The notes: a model not told the origin generated them from the sequence alone. Numbered from the stretch's first letter, positions 19,369 through 29,118 are shown. The stretch: DNA of 64,000 nt from a virus (IMGVR_UViG_3300025389_001172:32001-96000); one strand, 5' to 3'. Numbers and translations are program-made.

Positions 19369-20186
19369 AAGGCATCTCGTATCTTGATCAGTCGGATCAT
19401 CATGGCCTCGTCTTCAGCTTCGTATTCAGCTTCCATTTTGGTGAGCTGTTTATGGGCACGATCGTATTCTTTCTTCAGCTCTTTTGGTGTGGCAAAAGAA
19501 AGACGCCCACCGTTGATCTCACGAGCACGCTCACAAATAGCAGTCCAACCGCTCGCCTCATAGGGATCTGGCCTGCAGACTCGAGTACACTTCCACCAGG
19601 TATAGAGATCAAGTATCTCCTGTGCTCTTATAGCCTGTGGTGTAGGTTTACCGTAGAGTTTATGATCTTCCCCTACTCCGTCACCTTCTCCGTGAGTCAG
19701 CTTAATTTGCCAATCGAGATTATCCAATCCAGCCTGTGCAGATCTCCATGTACGCCAGCGGAACCAACCACGGGCCCAAAAAGGAGCCTGATACTTTTTG
19801 CCTGCTTCTTTGTCCCAAGCTATGTGCCACCAGGCTAATTCTACCTCAACAAAATCAACAAGCTCGTTAAAAAGACAAGGTAAAAAACGATTGCCCACAT
19901 CACACCAAGTACCAGGCTTGATATCACGATTATGGGCAGTAAGACTATGAGTTCTAGTAACCCAACGATTATTGATATAATACTTGAGATCATAGATCCT
20001 CCTTGGTATATACATTATGATATCTTGTAGACGGTCAAGTCCGGTCTCAGCTATCCAATAGCGTACAGGTGAGGCTTTACGGGCTTCATCTTCCCAAGAT
20101 CCCCAAGCGTCTAATTCCATTGCATATGGCTTCGCGGTACCGCGGATCCAATCTGCTAGCCTACTATTTGACCAATATTCTCTCAT
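19359..20186 (-). CDS. Trp-rich conserved phage hypothetical protein
   Basis: 275-aa ORF overlapping its neighbours. Confidence 0.75.
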   Translation of the reverse strand: MREYWSNSRLADWIRGTAKPYAMELDAWGSWEDEARKASPVRYWIAETGLDRLQDIIMYIPRRIYDLKYYINNRWVTRTHSLTAHNRDIKPGTWCDVGNRFLPCLFNELVDFVEVELAWWHIAWDKEAGKKYQAPFWARGWFRWRTWRSAQAGLDNLDWQIKLTHGEGDGVGEDHKLYGKPTPQAIRAQEILDLYTWWKCTRVCRPDPYEASGWTAICERAREINGGRLSFATPKELKKEYDRAHKQLTKMEAEYEAEDEAMMIRLIKIRDALWT

Positions 20187-20521
20187 TTTGCTTTCCTAAA
20201 TTCTTCTACATCTTCTACAGCGTCTTGTAGTATTGTAGCATAATTCATGGCCTGTTGTCTATCCATAATGATGTTCGATTCATATTTTATGTAACCCTTG
20301 GTCAACAGACGCCAAATATGGTGCCAACGGGTCCGGCTCCACCAATTAGTTTTACTTGTGGTATAGACAGTTACAGTAACGCCTGATTCATCTGCTTCGA
20401 CGAATATGTCATGGTTGTGATCATCCTGACCACACTCGCAGACTACCTTATACTGTTTGGCATCACCCCAATCATTTTTGATTAAGACGCCACGGGCTGG
20501 TTTTTCTGCTTTCATAATCAT
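20183..20521 (-). CDS. Hypothetical protein (CxC..H)
   Basis: Coupled ORF. Confidence 0.65.
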   Translation of the reverse strand: MIMKAEKPARGVLIKNDWGDAKQYKVVCECGQDDHNHDIFVEADESGVTVTVYTTSKTNWWSRTRWHHIWRLLTKGYIKYESNIIMDRQQAMNYATILQDAVEDVEEFRKAK

Positions 20522-20757
20522 CCTCTTAATCCTGTACTGGTACGTGTTATCGCAGGTCCAGCTGATTCGAAATCCATACCAGCTGAGCGACCTTCGTAGT
20601 ATCTACCATTCCATTTCATAGATATCTTCACAGCCTTATTTACTATGACATTGAGTTTGACCTTGTCCTCAAAGGATTCTACCACTGCGGTAGTTTCTTT
20701 TGAGCTCTTGGCCATTTTGATCGTGCAGGTTTCTGCGTGGCGTACTATTTCACTCAT
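20518..20757 (-). CDS. Hypothetical protein
   Basis: Coupled ORF. Confidence 0.65.
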   Translation of the reverse strand: MSEIVRHAETCTIKMAKSSKETTAVVESFEDKVKLNVIVNKAVKISMKWNGRYYEGRSAGMDFESAGPAITRTSTGLRG

Positions 20758-21410
20758 TATTTTTTCTCAAAGTAAACATTTAATTCATTACCCATATGAT
20801 CATTTGATTCGATCTCGGTTATGGTAAATCCTTTTGATTCTAGGTATTCGCAGACATCATCTACGAAGTTTGTGCTTTCTTTATATAACTTGATTTCTTG
20901 ATCTCTTGCACACTCGATTTTACCAGTACGGATTAGATTGATATAGTCTCCCATCCCTTTGAGTACCTTGAGATCACTGCCCTGTGTATCACAATGGAAA
21001 AAATCTATATGATCTAGATCTGGTATGTTGTCTTTTATCCATGTGTCTAATCTGGATACCTTGACTGTGATTGAGCCCACGGCTGACAATTCATCTACCC
21101 TAGGAACTCCTTCAGCACTTAACCAATATTTTTCGATGGCTTCTTTATCGAATTGATTTAACGAGTTACAGCCCATTCCTGGATTATTCTGTATGAAGAA
21201 TTCAGCCTCGCCGTCGAATTCCTCGATAGCAGATTCTACCACAGTATATCTATCGCTGAAACTTCTGCTGGCATTTTTTAGGTGATTGGCTATATGGGGA
21301 GTGGGTTCAAAGGCCCAAACTACCACATTAGAGTCTTTCGCGCAGTTAGGAAGGCTGTCATCTCCCCAATTGGCTCCTACGTCAAACAACACGTAATTTG
21401 TTTCAAACAT
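20757..21410 (-). CDS. FkbM-family SAM-dependent methyltransferase
   Basis: FDVGANWG, WAFEP, IDFFHCDTQGSDLKVLKG. Confidence 0.85.
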   Translation of the reverse strand: MFETNYVLFDVGANWGDDSLPNCAKDSNVVVWAFEPTPHIANHLKNASRSFSDRYTVVESAIEEFDGEAEFFIQNNPGMGCNSLNQFDKEAIEKYWLSAEGVPRVDELSAVGSITVKVSRLDTWIKDNIPDLDHIDFFHCDTQGSDLKVLKGMGDYINLIRTGKIECARDQEIKLYKESTNFVDDVCEYLESKGFTITEIESNDHMGNELNVYFEKK

Positions 21411-21768
21411 CGGTCTTTCCCCATCTTAAATAAAATTCAGTTAGTTTCTTCTCTTCTAGTTCAGCCAGGATATAATAGGTCCAACCCCAGAGCATGGGAT
21501 TCTGTATCCTTTCCCATCTCGGTTTGATCACAGCGTTATCCATGATCCACTTGCCTGCATCTGTTTGTTGCCAGTTCCAGATAGGTTCTGCCACCATAAG
21601 ATCTGGATCCTCGACATCGCCCATATTGATCTTGTGTACGATGACTTCTCTTATTTTACGCACAGTGGTATCATCACCAGGATCTAATTCGTACCTTACT
21701 CTGCCCATTTCAGTGCGAACAAGGTAGCCTGATGTGGATCTTCGAACTTGAATTTGAATGTACCCCAC
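21403..21768 (-). CDS. Hypothetical protein ending FYLRW
   Basis: C-terminus resembles the FxLRW family at 59-62.6 kb. Confidence 0.65.
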   Translation of the reverse strand: MGYIQIQVRRSTSGYLVRTEMGRVRYELDPGDDTTVRKIREVIVHKINMGDVEDPDLMVAEPIWNWQQTDAGKWIMDNAVIKPRWERIQNPMLWGWTYYILAELEEKKLTEFYLRWGKTDV

Positions 21769-21868
21769 TGATGGCCGATCATTTCAATCTCCCATCCATC
21801 CTCAGAAAACTCGTCTATGCACCACTGGGTAGCGTGTAATGCTCTAGTGTTGGTGACGATGAACTCGG

Positions 21869-22327
21869 TCACACCTTTTTCCTACGATTGAAGTTTCTAC
21901 GATTACCTGTTCTAGGTTTATTCTCTTTGACCATTAATGGTGCGTGTTCTACGGCCTTTTGGCTACGTTCCAGTGCGGCATGGATTTCATCTGGGCTAGG
22001 TTCTTCTACGTCCGGAGTTTCATATTCTGGATCATATTCATATCCAGCCTGCGCCATCTTTTTGTTGGCGGCATCCATTTCTGATACAGCGATCATTTCA
22101 CGTAGAGAACCTACAGGTCCCTTACTGTCTTGACTGATGGTATCCCAGCTACGTACTTCTAATAGAGCTTCGATACTACTAGGTACTGATACTACATACT
22201 GTACTTCTGTATATCCATCAGGAGTAAACTCATAAACGATTTTACCCTGGGTGAGTTTGTGGTTATTACGGCTAACACCGTAAATCCACACAGTATCACC
22301 TACTGCATAAGTCTTTTTGATTGTCAT
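21869..22327 (-). CDS. Hypothetical protein (SH3-like N-terminus)
   Basis: YAVGDTVWI start. Confidence 0.65.
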   Translation of the reverse strand: MTIKKTYAVGDTVWIYGVSRNNHKLTQGKIVYEFTPDGYTEVQYVVSVPSSIEALLEVRSWDTISQDSKGPVGSLREMIAVSEMDAANKKMAQAGYEYDPEYETPDVEEPSPDEIHAALERSQKAVEHAPLMVKENKPRTGNRRNFNRRKKV

Positions 22328-22330
22328 ATT

Positions 22331-22501
22331 TTACGCCGCTAATACCGGCTCTTTTGTTTTATTCTCGAGTAGATCTTTGACAAATCGGATAGCTTTACGA
22401 TCAGTGTCATAGACATACTCTTGATCATCGTCACCATTGTCCGTTCTCAGCGTTACGATAACACCATTACATACTTTACGGATTTCTATGGATTCAAACA
22501 T
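22331..22501 (-). CDS. Small hypothetical protein (MFESIEIRKV...)
   Basis: AAGGTG RBS after the upstream stop. Confidence 0.55.
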   Translation of the reverse strand: MFESIEIRKVCNGVIVTLRTDNGDDDQEYVYDTDRKAIRFVKDLLENKTKEPVLAA

Positions 22502-22511
22502 GGTTTCACCT

Positions 22512-23261
22512 TTATTGTGGTACTGACAGATTATAATTAAAATGGAAAATACCGATGTGAGCAGTTTCACGACTTAACTGCTGATCACACCATATCTGAT
22601 ATCCTGCCTTTTGAGCCTGCTGACAGAAATAGATATCCTCACCGATTTCCAAATTCAGTGCGGGGATAAACTCTTGTAGATAATGCGGCTGTGGAATCTT
22701 TTCATAGACTTCACGCTTGGCCATAACCAACCCATGCGGAAGAACATCGATCAATTCCATATCTGGTGAATTGTCTGTGGTCTGGAATTCTGTAAACTGA
22801 CCAGCCCCACCACTCATACCTGTGAAGTTTGGATTTGGAAAACGACGGCGGCGATAGTTGGCACCGACGATTTCTTTGTTACGAGCCAACAATCTCATCG
22901 GAGCATCGATTGGAAACTTCATATCCGAATCTACCCAAAAGATATGACTGAAGTCACTCTTGAGGAAAATGTCTACTAGGTTACGTCGAGCGATTGTGAT
23001 AACTGATCCAATATTAAAAGCACAGTTGATCTTGATGCCATTAGCTACCATATTAGCTGCCGCCATAGCCAAGTGTTGTGCAAACTCCGCATTAACCATT
23101 TCCATAGCAGGCACAGCTATCATCACTGATGGTTTATTTCCACCAGCTACCTGACCTGGTTGGAATGTCTGTCCAGGTTGGAAAGTCTGTCCGGCGGCCT
23201 GCGCTGTAGGACGCTGTGGTACTGGTGGCCGGCTTGGAATGTTTAGTTTGTTCTTTTTCAT
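22512..23261 (-). CDS. GT-A fold (GT2-like) glycosyltransferase
   Basis: VMIAVP, ARRNLV..FL, FWVDSD (DxD), GEDIYFC. Confidence 0.75.
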   Translation of the reverse strand: MKKNKLNIPSRPPVPQRPTAQAAGQTFQPGQTFQPGQVAGGNKPSVMIAVPAMEMVNAEFAQHLAMAAANMVANGIKINCAFNIGSVITIARRNLVDIFLKSDFSHIFWVDSDMKFPIDAPMRLLARNKEIVGANYRRRRFPNPNFTGMSGGAGQFTEFQTTDNSPDMELIDVLPHGLVMAKREVYEKIPQPHYLQEFIPALNLEIGEDIYFCQQAQKAGYQIWCDQQLSRETAHIGIFHFNYNLSVPQ

Positions 23262-23358
23262 TGTTTACCTTTTATAGTTTATATTATAGCAGAGAATTCC
23301 GCTGTGAGCAATGTTATTATTATTTAAGTTTGCCAAAATATGTATCTGCATCTTTTGG

Positions 23359-24117
23359 TTATCTCGGAGCAAATTCCTGTTGCAGTTTGATATTGTCAAA
23401 GAACTCTTTCTTGGTAGCAGGATCGGTCAAGAACGCACCTTTGAGCACCGTGGTCTGCGTCAATGAACTGTGTGCCATGATTCCTCTATTTTCACAACAT
23501 CCGTGAGTGGCTTGGATGTAGACTCCGACGTTTTCTGAATCTGTTGCTTTTGCAATCTCTCTAGCAATATCGTTGCATAACTCTTCCTGTAAAGTTCCGC
23601 GGCGAGCGCACCACTGAGCAATCCTAGTATATTTGCTAAGTCCAATGAGTTTATTTGCGGCGATGATGCCAATATATGCAACGCCAGCCACAGGTTGGTG
23701 ATGATGACTACACATACTACGCAATTCACTACGTACAACCAACATACCTTCATATCTATCCTCCGAATCATTGGGAAACGCTGTTGCGTCAGGAGCAGGA
23801 TCATATCTACCTGCCATGATTTCGTTGTAATACATTTTAGCTAATCGTCGAGCTGTGCCCTTTGAATTTGGATCGTTCTCTCTATCAATAAGTAGTGCAT
23901 CTAGCACACCTTCAAATGCCACAGTGGCCTGATCAATTAGTTGAGACTTAACTGCATCGTTGTTGACGTACTCGCTGATGTTGTCTCCTGCCCAAAATCT
24001 CTTACCATCTCTCTTCATAGAGTTCCTTAAGACCAGTGCTAGGTTAGGAGCATTTGGATTCTCCCACTCTACTGTTTCGCCTTCTTTGAAATCTTTGTAT
24101 GCTTTATCGTATCCCAT
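23359..24117 (-). CDS. folE: GTP cyclohydrolase I
   Basis: TARRLAKMY, SMCSHHHQP, GLSKYTRI, LQEEL, HGCCENRGI. Confidence 0.95.
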   Translation of the reverse strand: MGYDKAYKDFKEGETVEWENPNAPNLALVLRNSMKRDGKRFWAGDNISEYVNNDAVKSQLIDQATVAFEGVLDALLIDRENDPNSKGTARRLAKMYYNEIMAGRYDPAPDATAFPNDSEDRYEGMLVVRSELRSMCSHHHQPVAGVAYIGIIAANKLIGLSKYTRIAQWCARRGTLQEELCNDIAREIAKATDSENVGVYIQATHGCCENRGIMAHSSLTQTTVLKGAFLTDPATKKEFFDNIKLQQEFAPR

Positions 24118-24150
24118 TTATTCTCCTGATTGTTTATTTTACGAGATTAT

Positions 24151-24384
24151 TTAGGCGCCTGTCAAGCCCATGAATAATTTTTCACGTTCTGTGATATGGG
24201 CGATTGGTCGGATCCAACCACGCTCCAGTGCCTGCGCTATGATGATGGCATAAGAATTTGGACACTCGCCGTCGATTTCTATACTGGCACGATTGGCGAT
24301 AGTGATGCCATCAACGATTTGATATCCAGGTTCTCCTGGTTTGAGTGAGTGTATCTTGCTTGAAGTGATTGTGAATTCTGTCAT
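24151..24384 (-). CDS. Hypothetical protein
   Basis: ORF downstream of a TTGACA..TATACT promoter. Confidence 0.6.
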   Translation of the reverse strand: MTEFTITSSKIHSLKPGEPGYQIVDGITIANRASIEIDGECPNSYAIIIAQALERGWIRPIAHITEREKLFMGLTGA

Positions 24385-24418
24385 AGTGCTACAAGTATAG
24401 CACCTGACTTAGATTATG

Positions 24419-25156
24419 TCAACGCTGAATCCAATCTTTTGGTTGGAAAGGTTTAGAAACTTGACTACGGCTGAGATAATATATCGAACGCTTTTTGATC
24501 TTCTTGACCACTCGATGGTTTTGATCATAGTTAAACGTCTTGAGATAACTGCACCAAGTATCATAGCTACGCCTACGCTTGCCCTTCTGCTCTTGGTTGA
24601 GATAGTTCACGATTTGGGTCATATCGTCTCCGAACCTGTCTTTGAGTTCGCAGGCCATGTTGAAGGCATAGGCATCGATTTCATCCGAATCACCAAAATA
24701 TTCCTGCTGTTCTCTCAGCTTGGTGCTCTGTGCTGTAGAGCTGTATCCAGGTAATTCTTTGAATTTACGCTTGCGGGCCTGGCGCATATGGATGATTTCG
24801 TGTAGGATCACGTCAGCGATACGCCAGCATAATCGGTTAAATCTACGGGTAGTGAGGCATAGACTGGTGTCAGTTGGGCAATAGGCAAAACTGACTTCTA
24901 TACTCTTGAGTCTATCTATGTCATGTTGGGTATGGTAAACACCGCCTACGAAGGCATACGTGGGGGAAACCTGTGGTTCTCGACTCTTAGTGACTCTAAC
25001 AGGCATAGATCTTTTGAGATGATTGCCCATGATAGTATGGAAACGATCTATAGTGAGTTCTTGATTAGCAATACGATCTTTGACTTCGCTGACCATCTGG
25101 GCTATAGATTCTCTATCCCATTGTGTCCAATCGTAGCGAGCAGGTCTGCTAAACAT
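24419..25156 (-). CDS. HEXXH zinc-metallopeptidase-like protein
   Basis: ILHEIIHMRQ followed by EY..DEIDAYA. Confidence 0.65.
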   Translation of the reverse strand: MFSRPARYDWTQWDRESIAQMVSEVKDRIANQELTIDRFHTIMGNHLKRSMPVRVTKSREPQVSPTYAFVGGVYHTQHDIDRLKSIEVSFAYCPTDTSLCLTTRRFNRLCWRIADVILHEIIHMRQARKRKFKELPGYSSTAQSTKLREQQEYFGDSDEIDAYAFNMACELKDRFGDDMTQIVNYLNQEQKGKRRRSYDTWCSYLKTFNYDQNHRVVKKIKKRSIYYLSRSQVSKPFQPKDWIQR

Positions 25157-25245
25157 GATCTTCTCCTATATAACTTATTTATTTACTATGTATTGCTAGT
25201 ATGTTACAGTTTTTGGAGTATTTCAAACTTTATCTACCCACAGAA

Positions 25246-25358
25246 TGATGCGGTTGGCAGGGTTTGAACCTGCAAGAGTAACGTGTCTAAGACTTTACCC
25301 CATCCCGCAACGGCTCGAAACCGTATTTTGGAGGTCTTCCAATTCCACTCACAACCGC
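25246..25358 (-). ncRNA. Enlarged tRNA-like RNA (113 nt)
   Basis: Acceptor GCGGTTG/CAACCGC, D loop TGGAATTGG, T arm GCAGG-TTCAAAC-CCTGC; oversized anticodon and variable regions; ends in TCA. Confidence 0.7.
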
Positions 25359-25394
25359 ACTATTAGTATATAGCACAGTTGTGAAGGTGTCAAA

Positions 25395-25628
25395 CTATTT
25401 GATTTTATTGATGATGTCGGTGTCGAATTCACCGTTTTGAAGCTCGAGTAGAGCTGTGATTATGGGACGTTGATGTTCCGGCTGTTGGCTAGTACGATGT
25501 GTATGACGGATTTCACGGGCTCTGGCCGCGGCCATGATGCACATATCATATCTGCTGTTACCTGCTCCAGCGACACATTTCTGCATGTCTATGCTGGCAA
25601 CTTTGTTTTCGAACTCTATCCTAGACAT
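25395..25628 (-). CDS. rpoZ: RNA polymerase omega subunit-like protein
   Basis: SRYDMCIMAAARAREI..PIITALLEL matches the RpoZ NRF.LVL.AA.RARQL..KP...AL.EI pattern. Confidence 0.72.
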   Translation of the reverse strand: MSRIEFENKVASIDMQKCVAGAGNSRYDMCIMAAARAREIRHTHRTSQQPEHQRPIITALLELQNGEFDTDIINKIK

Positions 25629-25809
25629 TTTTAGCCATCCTTACGTTTAATTGAACCCGTTTTACTGCCTGATGAGCCTGTTCTTTGAGAGCTCGCATGT
25701 CATGGGCGATCTTGTCACGCTTTTCGCTCTTGCTCAACTGCCCTGCTAATGTCTTGCTCAATTGGGTACTGTCCTGCTTTTTAGGTTTCTTATCTGCCAT
25801 GGTGTATCC

Positions 25810-26043
25810 TTATTGTGGTTGTGCTTCTAGAGTAGATACGATTTCTTCTACGATTGCTTCTATGGGTTTAACATAGCCCGGGCGGCTCTTGAGTTCTCTC
25901 AGACGATTGAGGATCTTTGATTTTTCTTTTGGTCTAGCAGTTTTCTCTAGCATAGATTCCAACTGCTGGATGTTGAGGGGACCTAGGCGTGTTTTGCCAG
26001 TCTTGGTCTTCATTGGGTCTGACTTTCTATTTTTCTGTGACAT
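25810..26043 (-). CDS. Basic hypothetical protein
   Basis: AAGGAG RBS. Confidence 0.6.
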   Translation of the reverse strand: MSQKNRKSDPMKTKTGKTRLGPLNIQQLESMLEKTARPKEKSKILNRLRELKSRPGYVKPIEAIVEEIVSTLEAQPQ

Positions 26044-26081
26044 ACTACTCCTTTGTTAAACTTTTGATTCTAAATTCTGTT

Positions 26082-26168
26082 TGGTGGGGAAGGTCGGACT
26101 CGAACCGACACGCCACTAAGGACCCTTGCTTCTAAGGCAAAGAAGACTACCAATTCCATCACTCCCCC
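26082..26168 (-). tRNA. tRNA-Leu(TAG)
   Basis: Cloverleaf; TTTGC-CTTAGAA-GCAAG anticodon arm, long variable arm, GTTCGAGTC, encoded CCA. Confidence 0.9.
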
Positions 26169-26860
26169 AATAAATCTAAAAACCCTTGTCCAGAAAAATG
26201 TCGTTTCTTAAACTCTTCTACTGGAACTCTAATAACTTTATATCCTTTACTACTAAACCATAAATCTCTAACAGCATCTTGTTCTACGGTTTTTCTATGT
26301 TGTGTGCCATCTAATTCTATAATCAACTTCTTTTCTTCGAAGATAAAATCTGGAAAGTAATTCTTTCTTAAATCTTCGTTCCAAAAATGAACTTCTGTAT
26401 CCCATCCTGTAATACCATTATACCTGAGGTAGTCCTCAAATGTCAACTCCATCCAACTTCTTTTATGTCTGCCTAGATTCTTTCTGTTTAGAGGATTTTT
26501 TAACCACTCTGTGCGTGCCTTAGATATTCTAGCTTTTGTTTCTTCTGTATGAGGTCTGCTTACTCCTGGTCTTCCTTTGAGCTTGTCTGCAACTATCGCA
26601 ATACTAGGATGAGTATCTTTAGATAGCCCTTTAGCCCAATTCATTCTGTCTTTGGATTCTTGAGAAAGATTGTTATAGGTAGCTACATAATCTCTTCCGG
26701 AATTTTTCAGACCTTGGCTATTTTTCCTTTTATTCTCTGGACAACTATTACTGCTTCTACAGCACATCAATCTCTTAGATCCATTGATATATTGAGCGAT
26801 ATTACCACAACCATAGGAGCATAGTTCTGTAGTTGTTATAGGGTCGGCTATTCTTTTCAC
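26159..26860 (-). CDS. Free-standing putative homing endonuclease (NUMOD3-like plus DUF559/Vsr-like nuclease)
   Basis: CSYGCG, HTEETKARIS, PDF..IIELDGTQH..DAVRD..GYKVIR; AT-rich; overlaps the tRNA-Leu 5' end. Confidence 0.75.
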   Translation of the reverse strand: MKRIADPITTTELCSYGCGNIAQYINGSKRLMCCRSSNSCPENKRKNSQGLKNSGRDYVATYNNLSQESKDRMNWAKGLSKDTHPSIAIVADKLKGRPGVSRPHTEETKARISKARTEWLKNPLNRKNLGRHKRSWMELTFEDYLRYNGITGWDTEVHFWNEDLRKNYFPDFIFEEKKLIIELDGTQHRKTVEQDAVRDLWFSSKGYKVIRVPVEEFKKRHFSGQGFLDLLGE

Positions 26861-26897
26861 ATAGTTATTTATACAAAAAGACTAGCTTGTCTACCAA

Positions 26898-27515
26898 TTA
26901 CTTGAACTTTGGACCCAAACACCAGATCACTATGCTACGGCGACAACCTTTCTTGACAGGTTTCACAGCATGGATCACATAGCTGGGGAACGCCAAGACA
27001 CGACCACGCTTCTGTAGTGCAATCTCGGGATTTTTACCGCCCGTGTCGAACTCGAACTCGCCGCCTGTGTATTCTGATGGATCACTCAATATGAGACTGA
27101 GGCTTAACTTGCGAGGGGTCTTCATATCTGGGGGAACGCGGTCGCCCATGATCATGTCCATATGTCGATCATATTTAGATCCCTTGTCTCTATACTCTGT
27201 GTATTGGAAGAACTCAAATCCTAAGAGATCCATGCAGTAGAAATTCTTGTTGATATGATCTGTGAGATTAAGCATCTTGTCGAAGAACCATTGATTTTCT
27301 GGAGTTATGTGATGCATACAGACTTCGCTCTTGCGGACGGTTTCATCTGTAGATCCTTTGACATCTGAAACGATAGTTCCAGTAGTTAGTTCACCTGTGG
27401 TAGCACAGTAGGTCTCTATGGCCTTGATTTCATCTTCTGAGAACCAACCATCCCAATAGACATAGGGATAGGTGATGTTGTAGTTTGAATTTGGTCTATA
27501 ACTTAAAAATGTCAT
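26898..27515 (-). CDS. 2OG-Fe(II) oxygenase
   Basis: HMD, RKLSLS, YTGGEFEF, FPSYVIHAVKPV, RRSIVIW. Confidence 0.88.
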   Translation of the reverse strand: MTFLSYRPNSNYNITYPYVYWDGWFSEDEIKAIETYCATTGELTTGTIVSDVKGSTDETVRKSEVCMHHITPENQWFFDKMLNLTDHINKNFYCMDLLGFEFFQYTEYRDKGSKYDRHMDMIMGDRVPPDMKTPRKLSLSLILSDPSEYTGGEFEFDTGGKNPEIALQKRGRVLAFPSYVIHAVKPVKKGCRRSIVIWCLGPKFK

Positions 27516-27523
27516 GAGTGTCC

Positions 27524-28096
27524 TTAAAATGGATTTTTAACCAAGCCTAACATTGGACGCTTGTCCAAGGCCCATTCGGCATACTTGCCATCTAGATCTA
27601 CATAGTGCAGGAACACCTGTATGACCTGCGTATCTACGTCTAATGGATCACGCCAGTGTTCGATATCACAACCTTGATATACCACTAGGTCGCCTGGCTT
27701 CAACGTGACCTTTTTGCCTGCCATGTAGATGGGCCAGGGTTTTGGATCATTGTCCAGACACAGGGTCACTGAGTATTGACAGCTGGGTCGATCTGTATGT
27801 CGATCCAGAGTAGCACCACGCCAATAGATGCGGCTATAGCTGTAGGTTGGGCTCAATCTCTTACCAGTCACACCCTCTATGATAGGCTGTACAGACAGCA
27901 GTAGAGCTTCGCAGACTGAATGTCCATAGTTTACAAAACTGTGGGCACACTGTTCGTCTCCGAATGCAGTGGTGTTGTCTGAGGGAATGTTGTTGATGTA
28001 GTACTGGAGATCTTTGGTGATTACCAGTGCATCCTTGGCCAGCTTGCATACTTCTGGTGATACTGCGTTTTTTACCACCTTATATAATGTTTTCAT
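27524..28096 (-). CDS. 2OG-Fe(II) oxygenase
   Basis: PTYSYSRIY, HTDRPSC, PGDLVVYQGC..HWR, QVFLHYV. Confidence 0.82.
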   Translation of the reverse strand: MKTLYKVVKNAVSPEVCKLAKDALVITKDLQYYINNIPSDNTTAFGDEQCAHSFVNYGHSVCEALLLSVQPIIEGVTGKRLSPTYSYSRIYWRGATLDRHTDRPSCQYSVTLCLDNDPKPWPIYMAGKKVTLKPGDLVVYQGCDIEHWRDPLDVDTQVIQVFLHYVDLDGKYAEWALDKRPMLGLVKNPF

Positions 28097-28165
28097 CGGT
28101 ATCCTCTATGCTTTGATTATACTTATCGTGAGGGAAAAGGTCAAGCCCCTTTTCTGAGACCTGAC

Positions 28166-28771
28166 CTAATCTATGACAGGGCCGTTGCCATTACGGAAGC
28201 CCACTGTGCCTCCCTCTGCTTCAATCCGTTTGATAACGTCTTCAAAGAGTATTGGAGCAAAGTCTGTGGCTTCTACGCAAACGCAGTGGTAGCGAGGATC
28301 AATCTCATCGCTGTATAAGACTTCTCCAGTTCGGGCATCAACACCTCTCGCCTTCATAACTCTGTTAGCGTGTAAGTGTCCGTGTATATTACAACCAAAC
28401 CTGCCAAGGCTTGCTTCGTGAACAGGAATATGACTTAAAATAAGTCCATTCATCACATGGTAGGCCCGTAATTCTCTAAAGTACTGCCTATACTCATCAT
28501 CACGGAAGATATCGTGATTACCGCGAATAAGCACTTTGTCACCGTTGAGCCGAGCAAGGGTGCTCATAGCCCGACGGTTAATGACAACGTCACCAAGGTG
28601 GTAAACTTTGTCGTTAGGGCGAACACGTTCATTCCAGGCCTGGACCATGGCTTCATCCATCTCCTCAGGATTGTCCCATGGCCGTAATTTTGTTACGCCG
28701 TCGTTACGCATGAAGCGGCATACACCTGCGTGACCGAAGTGTGTGTCGCTGACTAAAAATACTGAGGGCAT
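28166..28771 (-). CDS. Calcineurin-like metallophosphoesterase
   Basis: SDTHFGH, HLGD, GNHD, SHIP, HGHLH. Confidence 0.9.
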   Translation of the reverse strand: MPSVFLVSDTHFGHAGVCRFMRNDGVTKLRPWDNPEEMDEAMVQAWNERVRPNDKVYHLGDVVINRRAMSTLARLNGDKVLIRGNHDIFRDDEYRQYFRELRAYHVMNGLILSHIPVHEASLGRFGCNIHGHLHANRVMKARGVDARTGEVLYSDEIDPRYHCVCVEATDFAPILFEDVIKRIEAEGGTVGFRNGNGPVID

Positions 28772-28784
28772 ATACTACTCCTTT

Positions 28785-29093
28785 CTAGGCTACTAGCCAT
28801 TTGATCTGATCTTTGAGTATGATTGTTTCATTACCATCATACTCGTCTATCTTAAATTCTGTTCCTTCTGGAATCCACTTGATCACTAGATCTCCGAGTC
28901 CACTTAGATATAGGTCTGGGTATTTCAGATCCACATAGGTTTCCAGTTTGTCCAATTCCTGTGTCTCTACATAATGCACTATAGTTGGATCGAATAGGAT
29001 TTCTGGATTCTGTAGATTCCACGTGTACCATCCTGCTCCAAATTGAGGAGAGAATACCACAGCTACCTTTCCATCTCTGACTACCTTTTCCAT
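28785..29093 (-). CDS. Conserved phage hypothetical protein
   Basis: SPQFGAGWYTWN..IDEYDGNE. Confidence 0.7.
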   Translation of the reverse strand: MEKVVRDGKVAVVFSPQFGAGWYTWNLQNPEILFDPTIVHYVETQELDKLETYVDLKYPDLYLSGLGDLVIKWIPEGTEFKIDEYDGNETIILKDQIKWLVA

Positions 29094-29118
29094 AGATCTC
29101 TCCTCTCATTAAACACTT

